Positions 9,806 through 18,944 of a stretch of 64,000 bases of DNA are shown here, in pieces. The position numbers and the translations under genes were made by a program. The stretch comes from Neisseriaceae bacterium (GTDB taxonomy: Bacteria > Pseudomonadota > Gammaproteobacteria > Burkholderiales > Neisseriaceae). Within the stretch, counting starts at the first letter, position 1. Every line of letters begins with the position of its first letter. Location: NCBI GenBank assembly GCA_017458185.1, contig JAFTFY010000008.1:12315-76314 (forward strand), in the 5' to 3' direction. A model generated the notes under the pieces. The model was not told where the DNA came from. It saw nothing but the letters and a program-made list of their open reading frames with translations, and did not search any database.

Positions 9806-10326
9806 TGGAAAATCCTTACGAGCCGCCGAAAAGCACTTGGGAAAATCCTTTGCCCAAAGACGCTCCGCGATTGTTTAATCCCACAGCGTCTTCGATGTTT
9901 GCCATACTTTTTGGCTTGCCTTTGGCGTGTTTTCTGCACGCCGCTAACTGGAAAGCATTGGGCGAACACAAATACAGCAGTGCCAATATTTGGATTGGCG
10001 TGGTGTGGATTGTGTTGGCGGTAGGCATTTTTGTTGCGTCCGCCGTTATCAATGGCGGCGATATGCAAGGCAATAATGCCATTCAACGGTCGTTTTTAAT
10101 TTTAGGCTTGCCAGCCTTATTGGGTTGGTATTTTGGTTTTGGTCGCAAACAAGAACAGTTAGTACTTGAAAAATATGGAAAAAATTATCCACGCCGCAGT
10201 ATGTGGTGGGCTGTTTTATGGGGCTTGGTGATGAGTGTGAGTATTTTTGTGCTGTTTTTAATTTTGACGATTATATTGATTATATTGGGTTTTATTCCCA
10301 TAGAAACCACACCGCCAGCAGGTTGA
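9805..10326 (+). CDS. hypothetical integral membrane protein
   Basis: There are 4-5 hydrophobic segments. The ATG overlaps the rdgB TAA (TAATG), which suggests translational coupling. Confidence 0.6.
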   Translation: MENPYEPPKSTWENPLPKDAPRLFNPTASSMFAILFGLPLACFLHAANWKALGEHKYSSANIWIGVVWIVLAVGIFVASAVINGGDMQGNNAIQRSFLILGLPALLGWYFGFGRKQEQLVLEKYGKNYPRRSMWWAVLWGLVMSVSIFVLFLILTIILIILGFIPIETTPPAG

Positions 10327-10328
10327 AT

Positions 10329-10361
10329 AAAAAACCGTTCAGGCAGCCTGAACGGTTTTTT
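10329..10361 (+). terminator. Rho-independent terminator with a DUS at its centre
   Basis: aaaaaccgttcaggc-a-gcctgaacggtttttt. Confidence 0.8.
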
Positions 10362-10514
10362 GCAAGGCGACTACAACGCCTATCGGCGTTGATAAATTGC
10401 TTTGCAATTTATTGGATTGCCACGATTTTGCTTGACAGCAAAATCTCGCAATGACACGGGTTTTCTTTTAACTTCACTTTGTTCGTTGAACGCTGTTTCA
10501 GGCAGCCTGAAAAC

Positions 10515-11210
10515 TTATTTTTTGCGAAACAGCAAATCCCACACGCCGTGTCCCAAGCGTTTTCCCCTTGCTTCAAATTTGGTTTCGGGGCGATAGTTGG
10601 GTTTTTCGGCAAAATCGCGTGCGGTGTTGCTTAAATCGGTTTCGGCGGATAAAACTTCCAGCATTTGCAGGGCGTATTCTTCCCAGTCGGTAGCCAAATG
10701 AATGTAGCCGCCGCTTTTGATTTTGGGCAACAATTTTTGCACAAATGGGGTTTGGATTAGGCGGCGTTTGTTGTGGCGTTTTTTGTGCCACGGGTCGGGG
10801 AAAAAAATATGCACGCCGTCCAAAACGCCGTCTGGCAACATATCGTTAATCACTTCTACGGCATCGTGGTGAATAATGCGAATATTGTTAAGTTGTTGTT
10901 CTTCAATCAGTTTTAATAAATTGCCCACACCAGGTGTATGCACTTCTACGGCGATAAAATCTTTTTCAGGCAGCCTTTGGGCGATTTCGGCAGTTGCCAC
11001 ACCCATACCAAAGCCTATTTCTAATATTTTATCGCTGTTGCGATTGAAAATTTTATTCAAATCAATTAGTTGCTTTTGGTAGGGAATGCCGTAAATGGGC
11101 AGAAGTTCGCTCACCGCCCGCTCTTGGGCAGCGGATAGGTGTCCTTGACGCAAAACAAAACTGCGAATACCACGCAAGTGGCTGATTGGTTGGGTGTTTT
11201 CGGTGTTCAT
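10515..11210 (-). CDS. trmB: tRNA (guanine46-N7)-methyltransferase
   Basis: EIGFGMG is the SAM motif, and FPDPWHKKRHNKRR is the TrmB signature. Confidence 0.93.
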   Translation of the reverse strand: MNTENTQPISHLRGIRSFVLRQGHLSAAQERAVSELLPIYGIPYQKQLIDLNKIFNRNSDKILEIGFGMGVATAEIAQRLPEKDFIAVEVHTPGVGNLLKLIEEQQLNNIRIIHHDAVEVINDMLPDGVLDGVHIFFPDPWHKKRHNKRRLIQTPFVQKLLPKIKSGGYIHLATDWEEYALQMLEVLSAETDLSNTARDFAEKPNYRPETKFEARGKRLGHGVWDLLFRKK

Positions 11211-11863
11211 TTGGGTTTATGTTACAAGGTTGTTGTTGTATGTTTCAGGCTGCCTGAAAAAGTCAAAAACAAACGGATTTGTTCGCACCTGACGGTGCTC
11301 ACGATGATTTTTAAAAGCGAACTTCGTTAGAAGTGAGCAAATCCGTTTGTTAATAAAATTTTTCAGGCTGCCTGAAAGGATTTTGGGGCTTACAAAAATT
11401 CAAAATCAAGTGTCATTGCGAGCCAACGAAATTGGCGTGGCAATCTAGTTTAAGCCGACAGGCTTAAACAAACGCCATAGGCGTTTTTACGGCATTGTAG
11501 AAAGCCTTATCTGTTACTCTTATTATATAAGAAACAGTGCGTTACAACGCCTTGCGGCGTTGATAAAAAATCTTACGATTTTTTATGTGGATTGCCACGA
11601 TTTGAACCAAAGTTCAAACCTCGCAATGACACTCGGTTTAAATTCAGGCAGCCTGAAATCGTTTTGTACCGCGTGGGCAACAAGTTGCCCACCCTACGGC
11701 TGACGGTGCTCACGATAATTTTTAAAAGCGAACTTCGTTAGAAGTGAGCAAATCCGTTTGTTAATAAAATTTTTCAGGCTGCCTGAAAGGGTTTCGTCCG
11801 TTATGGTGGGCAGGAATGCCTACCCTATACGCGTTTTGGTGGGTCGAAGACCCACCCTACATA
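11211..11863. repeat. intergenic repeat mosaic (4 DUS, 3 REP-like hairpins, a 223-bp MITE-like element, a duplicated ~90-bp block)
   Basis: See findings. The blocks at about 11289-11378 and 11699-11789 are near-identical direct repeats. Confidence 0.8.
11410..11632. mobile_element. MITE-like palindromic element (GTGTCATTGCGAG ... CTCGCAATGACAC termini), copy 1
   Basis: It has 13-bp perfect terminal inverted repeats and subterminal CGTGGCAATC/GATTGCCACG repeats. A second full copy lies at 34685-34906 and a half copy at about 10370-10457. Confidence 0.75.
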
Positions 11864-12688
11864 TTACTTTTTCTCGTCCGTATCATCGCGAAATTCTTCG
11901 GGGATAAAGTCGTCATCGCGTAAGGTGATTTCGCTGTTCTGCCCGATATACGAGGCTTCGCTTTGTAGCCACAAGCCTGTTTCTAATCGCATATAACGCA
12001 CAAAATAGTTGCCTTGTGGCAGTTGTTCTACCGTCATTTTGCCGCCGCCAGCAGGCAGAAATAAAGTGCGTAAGGCTCCTAATCCTGTGTCTTGGCGGTC
12101 GAAAATTTGGGCTAATACGGCTGATTTGGGGTGCGGATTGCTCACGGATAAGTTCAGGTTGCCGTCTGTTTTTAATAGCGGATAACCGTTAATCAGTGCG
12201 GCTTGCAACGGCCACGCCGTGCCATTTGGGGCAGTGGCAGCAACGGTATAAAGCGTGTTGTCTTGGTTTTCTACCGATGACAATTTAGAAAAAATCAAAC
12301 CGATGGATACGCCGCTGACAATCGTAATTAAGAAAAATGAACCCAAAATTGCCCATAATGCTTTGTTTTGATTGATTTTTTTTTCACGAACTCCTGCTGT
12401 GGGAATGGCTTGTCCAGTCGGAATGGCGTCTGCCGCCACAGGAATGGCTTGCATATCGGACGAATTTTTTTGCGCGGCAATCCATAAGTCGTGCTGGCGT
12501 TTTTGTTCGGGGTCGGACAGCACTTCATACGCCCGATTGACTAACTGCATAATGCGAATGGCATCAGGGTCGCTGTTGTAGTCGGGGTGATATTTTTTCG
12601 ACAAACGCCGATACGCCGTGCGAATTTCCTTTTCGCTCGCCGTTGTTGGCAGTTGTAGATTGTCGTAATGGGTTTGGATTTTTTTCAT
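11864..12688 (-). CDS. J-domain (DnaJ-like) membrane protein
   Basis: The N-terminus carries YRRLSKKYHPDYN with an HPD motif, followed by one TM segment and a C-terminal domain of unknown function. Confidence 0.8.
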   Translation of the reverse strand: MKKIQTHYDNLQLPTTASEKEIRTAYRRLSKKYHPDYNSDPDAIRIMQLVNRAYEVLSDPEQKRQHDLWIAAQKNSSDMQAIPVAADAIPTGQAIPTAGVREKKINQNKALWAILGSFFLITIVSGVSIGLIFSKLSSVENQDNTLYTVAATAPNGTAWPLQAALINGYPLLKTDGNLNLSVSNPHPKSAVLAQIFDRQDTGLGALRTLFLPAGGGKMTVEQLPQGNYFVRYMRLETGLWLQSEASYIGQNSEITLRDDDFIPEEFRDDTDEKK

Positions 12689-12706
12689 ATAATTTCAATG
12701 CGTTAT

Positions 12707-13351
12707 TTACATAGGGCCGTTATAAATCCAGCGACTTTTATAGGCGGCAAACACGGCGTTTGGATATTGCGGTTGCCCCGTACTGCCGTTGTATCGCCCC
12801 AATGCACGGTATAAATCGCCGTTTTCCATATTCAAATAATGCCGCAAAATGGTGCAGCCATAACGCAAATTAGTGCGAATATCAAACAAAATATGCTTGT
12901 CCTGACCTGGTTTGCCAATGTATTTCACCCAAAACGGCATGACCTGCATTAAACCAATCGCTCCTGCGGACGAAATGGCATAGCGGCGAAAACCGCTTTC
13001 CACTTGAATTAAACCCAAAACTAATTGCGTATCCAAACCTGCACGCACGGTTTCATATTGAATATTGATGAGAATGCGTTTGGCATCGTGTTCGGATAAG
13101 TGTTTGAATTTTTTGCACCTTTCTAACATTTCTGCCAACCACTGTTCGCCATATTCTTTTTTGGAAAACACCAAATAAGGTTTATTCGGATTGTCAATCG
13201 AATGGCTCATGGCAGTGGCAACATTGTCGGCAAGCGTTTCTTCCTTTTGAGCACCCGCAAAAAGTTGCGGCGTATAAAATGCCGCCGCCGAGCCAAGCCC
13301 TGCACCAATTAACTGACGGCGAGAAATTAAAAATGAGTTTCGTTTGTTCAT
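12707..13351 (-). CDS. lytic transglycosylase (SLT domain) with a Tat-like signal
   Basis: VESGFRRYAISSAGAIGLMQVMP contains the catalytic Glu motif. SRRQLIGAGLG is a twin-arginine leader. Confidence 0.85.
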   Translation of the reverse strand: MNKRNSFLISRRQLIGAGLGSAAAFYTPQLFAGAQKEETLADNVATAMSHSIDNPNKPYLVFSKKEYGEQWLAEMLERCKKFKHLSEHDAKRILINIQYETVRAGLDTQLVLGLIQVESGFRRYAISSAGAIGLMQVMPFWVKYIGKPGQDKHILFDIRTNLRYGCTILRHYLNMENGDLYRALGRYNGSTGQPQYPNAVFAAYKSRWIYNGPM

Positions 13352-13720
13352 TATTCAGGCAGCCTGAAAAGTTGCTAAATCGGAAGATTATAGCAAAAAA
13401 TAACAGAAAAATTTGCAAGTTATGCAAACGGTAATATAATTTTTACTTGTTTCAGGCTACCTGAATTGAAACAGCGTGTAAAAAGCAAAACGACAGACAT
13501 TCGTTAGCGATTTTTATTTTTTAACAAACGGATTTGTTCGCATCTCATAATGCTCACAATATTTCTATCAATATCAAAAATTCAGGTGAAAACCGTTAGG
13601 TTTTCATAAATCCGTTTGTTCATTTTAAAATGTGAAAATGACTGTAAATTTGAATTTTTAGAAGTACCTTGTTATCTTTATCAATAAGGCTGCCTGAAAC
13701 ATTTATTTGAAAGACACACC

Positions 13721-14740
13721 ATGAATATTCAACACAATATTGCACTTAAAAACTACAACACAATGGGTTTGGCGGTTTTCGCAAAATATTTTTACTCATT
13801 CACAGATAATGCTCAACTTGCTGATTTATTAAAAGAAATTAAAAAATATCCGCAAACTTATTTTTTGGGCGGCGGCTCGAATACGGTTTTTCTGCACGAT
13901 TTTGACGGCTTGGTGCTGCATTTGGCAACACGGGGCATTGAATATAAAAAAACAGAAAATAATCAAGTGCTTGTTACCGCACAAGCAGGTGAAAATTGGC
14001 ATAACTTTGTGCAATATACCGTGCAACAAGGTTGGTTTGGTTTGGAAAATTTAAGCCTGATTTACGGCACTGTGGGGGCAAGTCCCATTCAAAATATTGG
14101 GGCGTATGGCGTGGAAGTGAAAGACCGTATTCGCCGTGTGTTTGCGACCGATACGCAAACAGGCAAATCTTTGATTTTACATAATCATGAATGTTGTTTT
14201 GCATATCGCAACAGCATATTCAGACAGCCTGAAAATAAACATTTGTTGATTACAGCGGTTGAATTTCAATTAGATACCGCGTTTCAACCGCAGTTAGGCT
14301 ATGGCGATATTGCCGCAACCGCTGAAAAAATGGCAAATGGCAAGCCCATAACCGCACAAATCGTTGCCAATGCGGTGATTGCAACGCGTCAAGCCAAATT
14401 GCCTAATCCTGATGAATTAGGCAATGCAGGCAGTTTTTTTCGTAATCCAATTGTTTCAAACGCACAAGCCCTTGAATTAAAACAACAATATTCTGATATG
14501 CCGATTTTCGCGGTTGATGACAAAAACAGCAAACTATCCGCCGCCAAACTGATTGATTTGGCAGGATTAAAAGGCTTTGCATTGGGCGGTGCGGCGGTTT
14601 ATCACAAACAACCTTTGGTGCTGGTCAATCAAAACAACGCCACACCGCAAGATATTGTCGATTTATGTCAATATATTCAAAAGGTTGTGCAGGAAAAATT
14701 TGCAGTAAGCATACAGCCTGAACCTGTGTTTGTTGGATAG
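13721..14740 (+). CDS. murB: UDP-N-acetylenolpyruvoylglucosamine reductase
   Basis: An FAD-binding GGGSN motif is present, and the AGSFFRNP and C-terminal domain are colinear with MurB. Confidence 0.95.
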   Translation: MNIQHNIALKNYNTMGLAVFAKYFYSFTDNAQLADLLKEIKKYPQTYFLGGGSNTVFLHDFDGLVLHLATRGIEYKKTENNQVLVTAQAGENWHNFVQYTVQQGWFGLENLSLIYGTVGASPIQNIGAYGVEVKDRIRRVFATDTQTGKSLILHNHECCFAYRNSIFRQPENKHLLITAVEFQLDTAFQPQLGYGDIAATAEKMANGKPITAQIVANAVIATRQAKLPNPDELGNAGSFFRNPIVSNAQALELKQQYSDMPIFAVDDKNSKLSAAKLIDLAGLKGFALGGAAVYHKQPLVLVNQNNATPQDIVDLCQYIQKVVQEKFAVSIQPEPVFVG

Positions 14741-15117
14741 TGAGCAATGAGTAATGAGTAATGAGCAGTGAGCAATGATTATGTTTTGCCTTGCGGCAAA
14801 ACAGATTAGATTGAGATAACGCTTCGATTTTGTTTCAGGCTGCCTGAAACAGCGTTCAACGAGCCGTAAGGCGAAGTCAAAATATCTAACTTACTGTAAT
14901 TATTTTGTTTTTTTTATTGCTACACGGATTGGGAAAACCTAACGGTTTTCCTTTCAATGTTTTTGATTTACAGATTTTGCGTAAGCAAAATCGAATCCGT
15001 GTGGCATTGAATATTTTTTCAGGCTGCCTGAAAATAAAATCGAAGCGTTATCTAAAAAACATTCGTCAAGCCATAGGCTTGATATAAAACCCATTGCTCA
15101 CTGCTCATTGCTCACTG
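14741..15117. repeat. heptamer-capped palindromic element, copy 1 (with a nested MITE-like insertion at about 14886-15013)
   Basis: The left cap is (TGAGYAR)x5 at 14741-14778 and the right cap is its reverse complement at 15092-15117. AGATAACGCTTCGAT/ATCGAAGCGTTATCT form internal inverted repeats. DUS lie at 14834 and 15018. Confidence 0.8.
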
Positions 15118-15119
15118 TA

Positions 15120-16073
15120 TCAAGGCAAAGCCGCAATCGCTTGCGTGAAATAATCAAAAAACGCATTATCATCAACCGCGTAGCACCATAAAGCGTTTGC
15201 TGTTTTGCCGCTTTTGCCGTGCCAATCCACACTGCTTGCTCCTTCGCATACGCCAAACGAAGTATCCACAGCCACAAACACTTCTTTATAAGAAAACAAC
15301 TCTGGACGCACCGCCGCTGCTACGGCACACGGGTCATGCAATGGTCCGCCGTTTAAGCCAAATTGTTGTGTATCAAATCTGCCATAACTTTGCAAAATAT
15401 CCGCTACGCGTTTGCCGTTTTCATTTGGCAAATCACGCAATTTTTGCATTCGCTCCTTTGTGGCTAACGCTTTGTGGGTTACATCTAACGGCACAATGCG
15501 GATTTTTGCCCCGCAATTTAGCACAATTTGTGCCGCCAATGGATCAACAAAAAAATTAAAATCCGCATTCGGCGTAACATTGCCCGCTTCCAAAAATGTG
15601 CCGCCCATAATCACAATTTCTTTGATACCTGCCACACAATCAGGATACAACAAAAACGCCAAAGCCAAATTGCTTAAAGGACCAATCGGCACCAGTGTTA
15701 TGCTGTTTTTTTCGGCAGCCAAAAGCGTTTGGGCTAAAAACACGGCGGCGTGTTCGTTGTGCAAGGGCGTTTGTGGCTCGTGCAATGGCACGCCGTCCAA
15801 ACCTGTTTTGCCATGCACTTCTTCGGCGGTTAAAAGGGCTTTTGCAAGCGGTTTTACTGCCCCTTGATAGACTGGTAAATCACAGCGTTTCGCCCAATCA
15901 CAAATAATGCGGGCATTTTTTTGCGTGAAATGTAAAGGCACATTTCCTGCTACGCAGGATAATGCTAACAATTTGATTTGATTTAGTTTATCTAAACCAA
16001 ATGCCATTAAAATGGCGGCTGCATCGTCTTGACCTGGGTCGGTGTCGATAATGATTTGGGGGATATTTGACAT
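15120..16073 (-). CDS. nucleoside hydrolase (inosine/uridine-preferring family)
   Basis: The N-terminal DTDPGQDDAAAI is the DxDxxxDD signature. Confidence 0.9.
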   Translation of the reverse strand: MSNIPQIIIDTDPGQDDAAAILMAFGLDKLNQIKLLALSCVAGNVPLHFTQKNARIICDWAKRCDLPVYQGAVKPLAKALLTAEEVHGKTGLDGVPLHEPQTPLHNEHAAVFLAQTLLAAEKNSITLVPIGPLSNLALAFLLYPDCVAGIKEIVIMGGTFLEAGNVTPNADFNFFVDPLAAQIVLNCGAKIRIVPLDVTHKALATKERMQKLRDLPNENGKRVADILQSYGRFDTQQFGLNGGPLHDPCAVAAAVRPELFSYKEVFVAVDTSFGVCEGASSVDWHGKSGKTANALWCYAVDDNAFFDYFTQAIAALP

Positions 16074-16115
16074 CGTGTTTATCCTTGTGAAAAATAAGTT
16101 TCAGGCTGCCTGAAA

Positions 16116-16583
16116 CTACTGTACTTGGCATTTTTGTTTGGCTTGGGCAAGGGTTTCTTCTAATTTGGGTGCGGTGATTTTGCCGAAAAATGCTTTTCTA
16201 AAATTGCATTGGGGTGCGTCTATTACCGTGTAGGGTATGCCGCCTGTGTTGTTGCCAAAGCGTAAAAATACCGCCGTTGCGTCTTGTTCGTGGTAGCGAA
16301 TGGGGTAGGGGACGGATTGGGTTTGTAAAAATTGTGCGACATTGTCGCGTTTATCCACTGCAATGCCAATCACGCCCACTTCGGGGTGTTGTGTGGCGAA
16401 GTTTGACAAAATGGGTATTTCTTGCCGACAAGGCTCACACCACGAGGCCCATAAATTGATGATATTGATTTTGGGGTGTGGCAAGGCTTCATTTTCTTTG
16501 TAAGGCTGAATCGCATTGCTGTCGCTCGGATTGCAAGCGGTGAGCAAAAGTGCCATAATAAGTGCAAAAATATTTGTTTTCAT
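16116..16583 (-). CDS. TlpA/ResA-like periplasmic thioredoxin-fold lipoprotein
   Basis: The lipobox is LLTAC and the active site is WASWCEPC (CxxC). The start was moved to the ATG at 16583. Confidence 0.85.
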   Translation of the reverse strand: MKTNIFALIMALLLTACNPSDSNAIQPYKENEALPHPKINIINLWASWCEPCRQEIPILSNFATQHPEVGVIGIAVDKRDNVAQFLQTQSVPYPIRYHEQDATAVFLRFGNNTGGIPYTVIDAPQCNFRKAFFGKITAPKLEETLAQAKQKCQVQ

Positions 16584-16598
16584 TGTGTTTTTTACCTT

Positions 16599-16705
16599 TA
16601 TAGTCAATAAACTTCAAAATTATAATTCGTTGGCTCGCCTTGCCGTATTATTTTATACTGTCTGCGGCTCACCGCCTTTTATACTTTTGAAGTTTATCGA
16701 CTATA
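16599..16705. mobile_element. Correia-like repeat-enclosed element (107 bp)
   Basis: The termini are TATAGTCAATAAACTTCAAAA ... TTTTGAAGTTTATCGACTATA. The core ..gccttgccgtattattttatactgtctgcgg.. resembles the Neisseria Correia core. Confidence 0.8.
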
Positions 16706-16757
16706 ACTTCACTGCGTTCGTTGAACTGCGTTTCAGGCTGCCTGAAATTGTGTATGA

Positions 16758-16863
16758 TATAGTCGTTAAACTTCAAAAAAATAACAGGCGGCGAGCCGCA
16801 GACAGTATAACTAATACGGCAAGGCTCGCCAACGCATTAGTGTTTTGAAGTTTAACGACTATA
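16758..16863. mobile_element. Correia-like repeat-enclosed element (106 bp), inverted relative to 16599-16705
   Basis: The termini are TATAGTCGTTAAACTTCAAAA ... TTTTGAAGTTTAACGACTATA. Its right end overlaps the last codons and stop of the ABC ATPase gene. Confidence 0.8.
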
Positions 16864-18384
16864 TTGCCGCAAAATGTCGCTTGCGTTGCCATAATCTTTC
16901 ACCTTACCGCCTGTTTCTAATACCAAAATTTTGTGCGACAGTGCCGCGATGACATCTAAATCGTGGCTGACAAATATCATGGCGATGTGGTGTTTTTTTT
17001 GCAATTCTTTTAATAAATCAATCAGTTGCTTTTGTAATTGTAAATCTAATGCAGAAGTGGGTTCGTCCAAAACCAAGATTTTCGGCTGCACAATTAAGGC
17101 TCGGGCAATGGCAATGCGTTGTCGTTGTCCGCCTGAAAATTCGTGCGGATAGCGGTCTAAAATATTTGCAGGCAGCCCTACTTCGTTTAATATTTGTTTG
17201 ATTTTATTGTATTTTTCTGTTTTTTCCATTTGCGGTTGCAAAATATCGATGGTTTCGCCTACAATTTCGCCCACTGTCATGCGTGGATTGAGTGCCGCAA
17301 ACGGGTCTTGGAAAACAATTTGTATGTCTTTGCGTTTTTCTAATAATTTTTTATTATCAATGGCTTGCCAGTCGTTTCCGCAAATATTCAGGCTGCCTGA
17401 ACAATCGATTAGTTTGAGCAAGGCTTTGGCAAGCGTGCTTTTGCCACTGCCTGATGCACCGATAACGCCCAAAGTTTCGCCTTGTTTGAGTTCAAACTGC
17501 ACATTTTTTAATAGGGGTAAATCGTGTGTTTTGAACCAGCCAGTTTTTTGCTTCACCGCAACCCCCAAGTTTTGCACCGCTAATACCGTTGCGGTTTGTG
17601 GCAGCGGCTCGTTTAGGGCTTTCGGCACGGCGTTAAGCAACATTTGTGTGTATTCGTGTTGCGGCTCGCTGAATAATTTTTTAGCACTTGCCGTCTCCAC
17701 AATGCGTCCGTCTTTCATCACCGCAACCGTGTCGGCAAAGTTTTTCACCACACGCAAATCGTGCGAAATATACAAAATGCCCATGCCCGTTTGCTGTTGA
17801 ATGTCGTTTAACAAAGCCATAATCTGCCCTTGCACTGCCACATCTAACGCCGTTGTGGGTTCGTCCGCAATCAACAATTCAGGCTCTGCCGCCACAGCCA
17901 TAGCAATCATCGCACGCTGGCGTTGTCCGCCTGATAATTGAAACGGATAGGCGTGAATTTTCTGTTCTGCGTTTTCAATGCCTGTGCGTTCTAATAGCGT
18001 AATGGCTTGTTTATACGCGTCTTTTTTGCTTAAACCCAAATGCCATGTCAAAACTTCGGCAATTTGCGAACCAACCGTTTGCACAGGATTGAGTGCCGTC
18101 ATCGGTTCTTGAAAAACAAAGCCGATTTTTTTACCACGAATTTTTTGTAATTGTTTGGCAGATAAGGATAAAATTTCCGTTCCATTAAATTTCAGGCTGC
18201 CTGAAAAAGAAATATCCGCATTCAACCGCACCACGCCTTGTGCCAACATGGTTTTGCCACTGCCCGATTCACCAACCAAAGCCAACTTTTCCCCTTTTTT
18301 CATCGACAGCGAAATATCCAACAAAATTTGTTTTTGTCGGACAAAAGATGATAACTTGTTGATTTCTAATAATAAATTACTCAT
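16852..18384 (-). CDS. ABC transporter ATP-binding protein with two fused ATPase domains (GsiA/YejF-like)
   Basis: There are two Walker A motifs ([16 protein letters not shown]) and two LSGGQRQR signatures. No permease or binding-protein gene is adjacent. Confidence 0.9.
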   Translation of the reverse strand: MSNLLLEINKLSSFVRQKQILLDISLSMKKGEKLALVGESGSGKTMLAQGVVRLNADISFSGSLKFNGTEILSLSAKQLQKIRGKKIGFVFQEPMTALNPVQTVGSQIAEVLTWHLGLSKKDAYKQAITLLERTGIENAEQKIHAYPFQLSGGQRQRAMIAMAVAAEPELLIADEPTTALDVAVQGQIMALLNDIQQQTGMGILYISHDLRVVKNFADTVAVMKDGRIVETASAKKLFSEPQHEYTQMLLNAVPKALNEPLPQTATVLAVQNLGVAVKQKTGWFKTHDLPLLKNVQFELKQGETLGVIGASGSGKSTLAKALLKLIDCSGSLNICGNDWQAIDNKKLLEKRKDIQIVFQDPFAALNPRMTVGEIVGETIDILQPQMEKTEKYNKIKQILNEVGLPANILDRYPHEFSGGQRQRIAIARALIVQPKILVLDEPTSALDLQLQKQLIDLLKELQKKHHIAMIFVSHDLDVIAALSHKILVLETGGKVKDYGNASDILRQYSR

Positions 18385-18462
18385 TATCTGCTCGCTGGCA
18401 ATTTTATATACTCAAAACCATTCAAAATGAAGAATAAGTGATATTTTTTATAATATTTTCAA

Positions 18463-18897
18463 TTACTTAAAATGGATATCCACATAATCAACGACACCAT
18501 CACAGGGATTGTGGTGAGCCAACATACGCCAGTACTTGCGATTTCCTGTGGCTTCAAATAGATAATCGCCCGAACGCTTGCATTCAATGCCATTTGCAAT
18601 ATGATCGACACGCGTAACAATCTCGCCCCTGAACAAAAAAGTGCGTTCATCAAGGGGAATAATCATACCGTCCATAGTGGCATAATTGCCATTAAGTTCT
18701 TGTTTTGCATGAATTTCTAATTGTTGATTGTTTTGGCTAATGTGTGCCGTGCCAAATTTTTCCCAACTAATCCATTGCAAAGAAAACAAATGTTTGCCCA
18801 ACAATTTTTCTGTTAAGGCTTGATTTTGTGGATTTTTTGCATAAACAGCAGTGGAAAAAATCATTATCAACACAATGCAGAAGAATTTATTTTTCAT
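18463..18897 (-). CDS. hypothetical secreted protein
   Basis: The start was moved to the ATG at 18897. The signal peptide is MKNKFFCIVLIMIFSTAVYA. The upstream part of the tracked ORF is a translated DUS and repeat. Confidence 0.6.
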   Translation of the reverse strand: MKNKFFCIVLIMIFSTAVYAKNPQNQALTEKLLGKHLFSLQWISWEKFGTAHISQNNQQLEIHAKQELNGNYATMDGMIIPLDERTFLFRGEIVTRVDHIANGIECKRSGDYLFEATGNRKYWRMLAHHNPCDGVVDYVDIHFK

Positions 18898-18944
18898 TGT
18901 TTTATTCCTATTTTGTTTGTTTTTCAGGCAGCCTGAAACGGTTA

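Noticed and set aside
10402-10612. Many tracked 60-110 aa ORFs lie in intergenic regions, for example 10402-10596, 14905-15087, 21201-21434, 23825-24049, 34669-34923, 41917-42144, 43898-44183, 45183-45389, 50763-51074 and 58745-59026.
   Set aside because: They lie entirely within DUS, MITE or hairpin repeat mosaics. They contain the tell-tale DUS peptides SGSLK/SGCLK/FRLPE/FRQPE and have no RBS or coding character. They are translation artefacts of the repeats.
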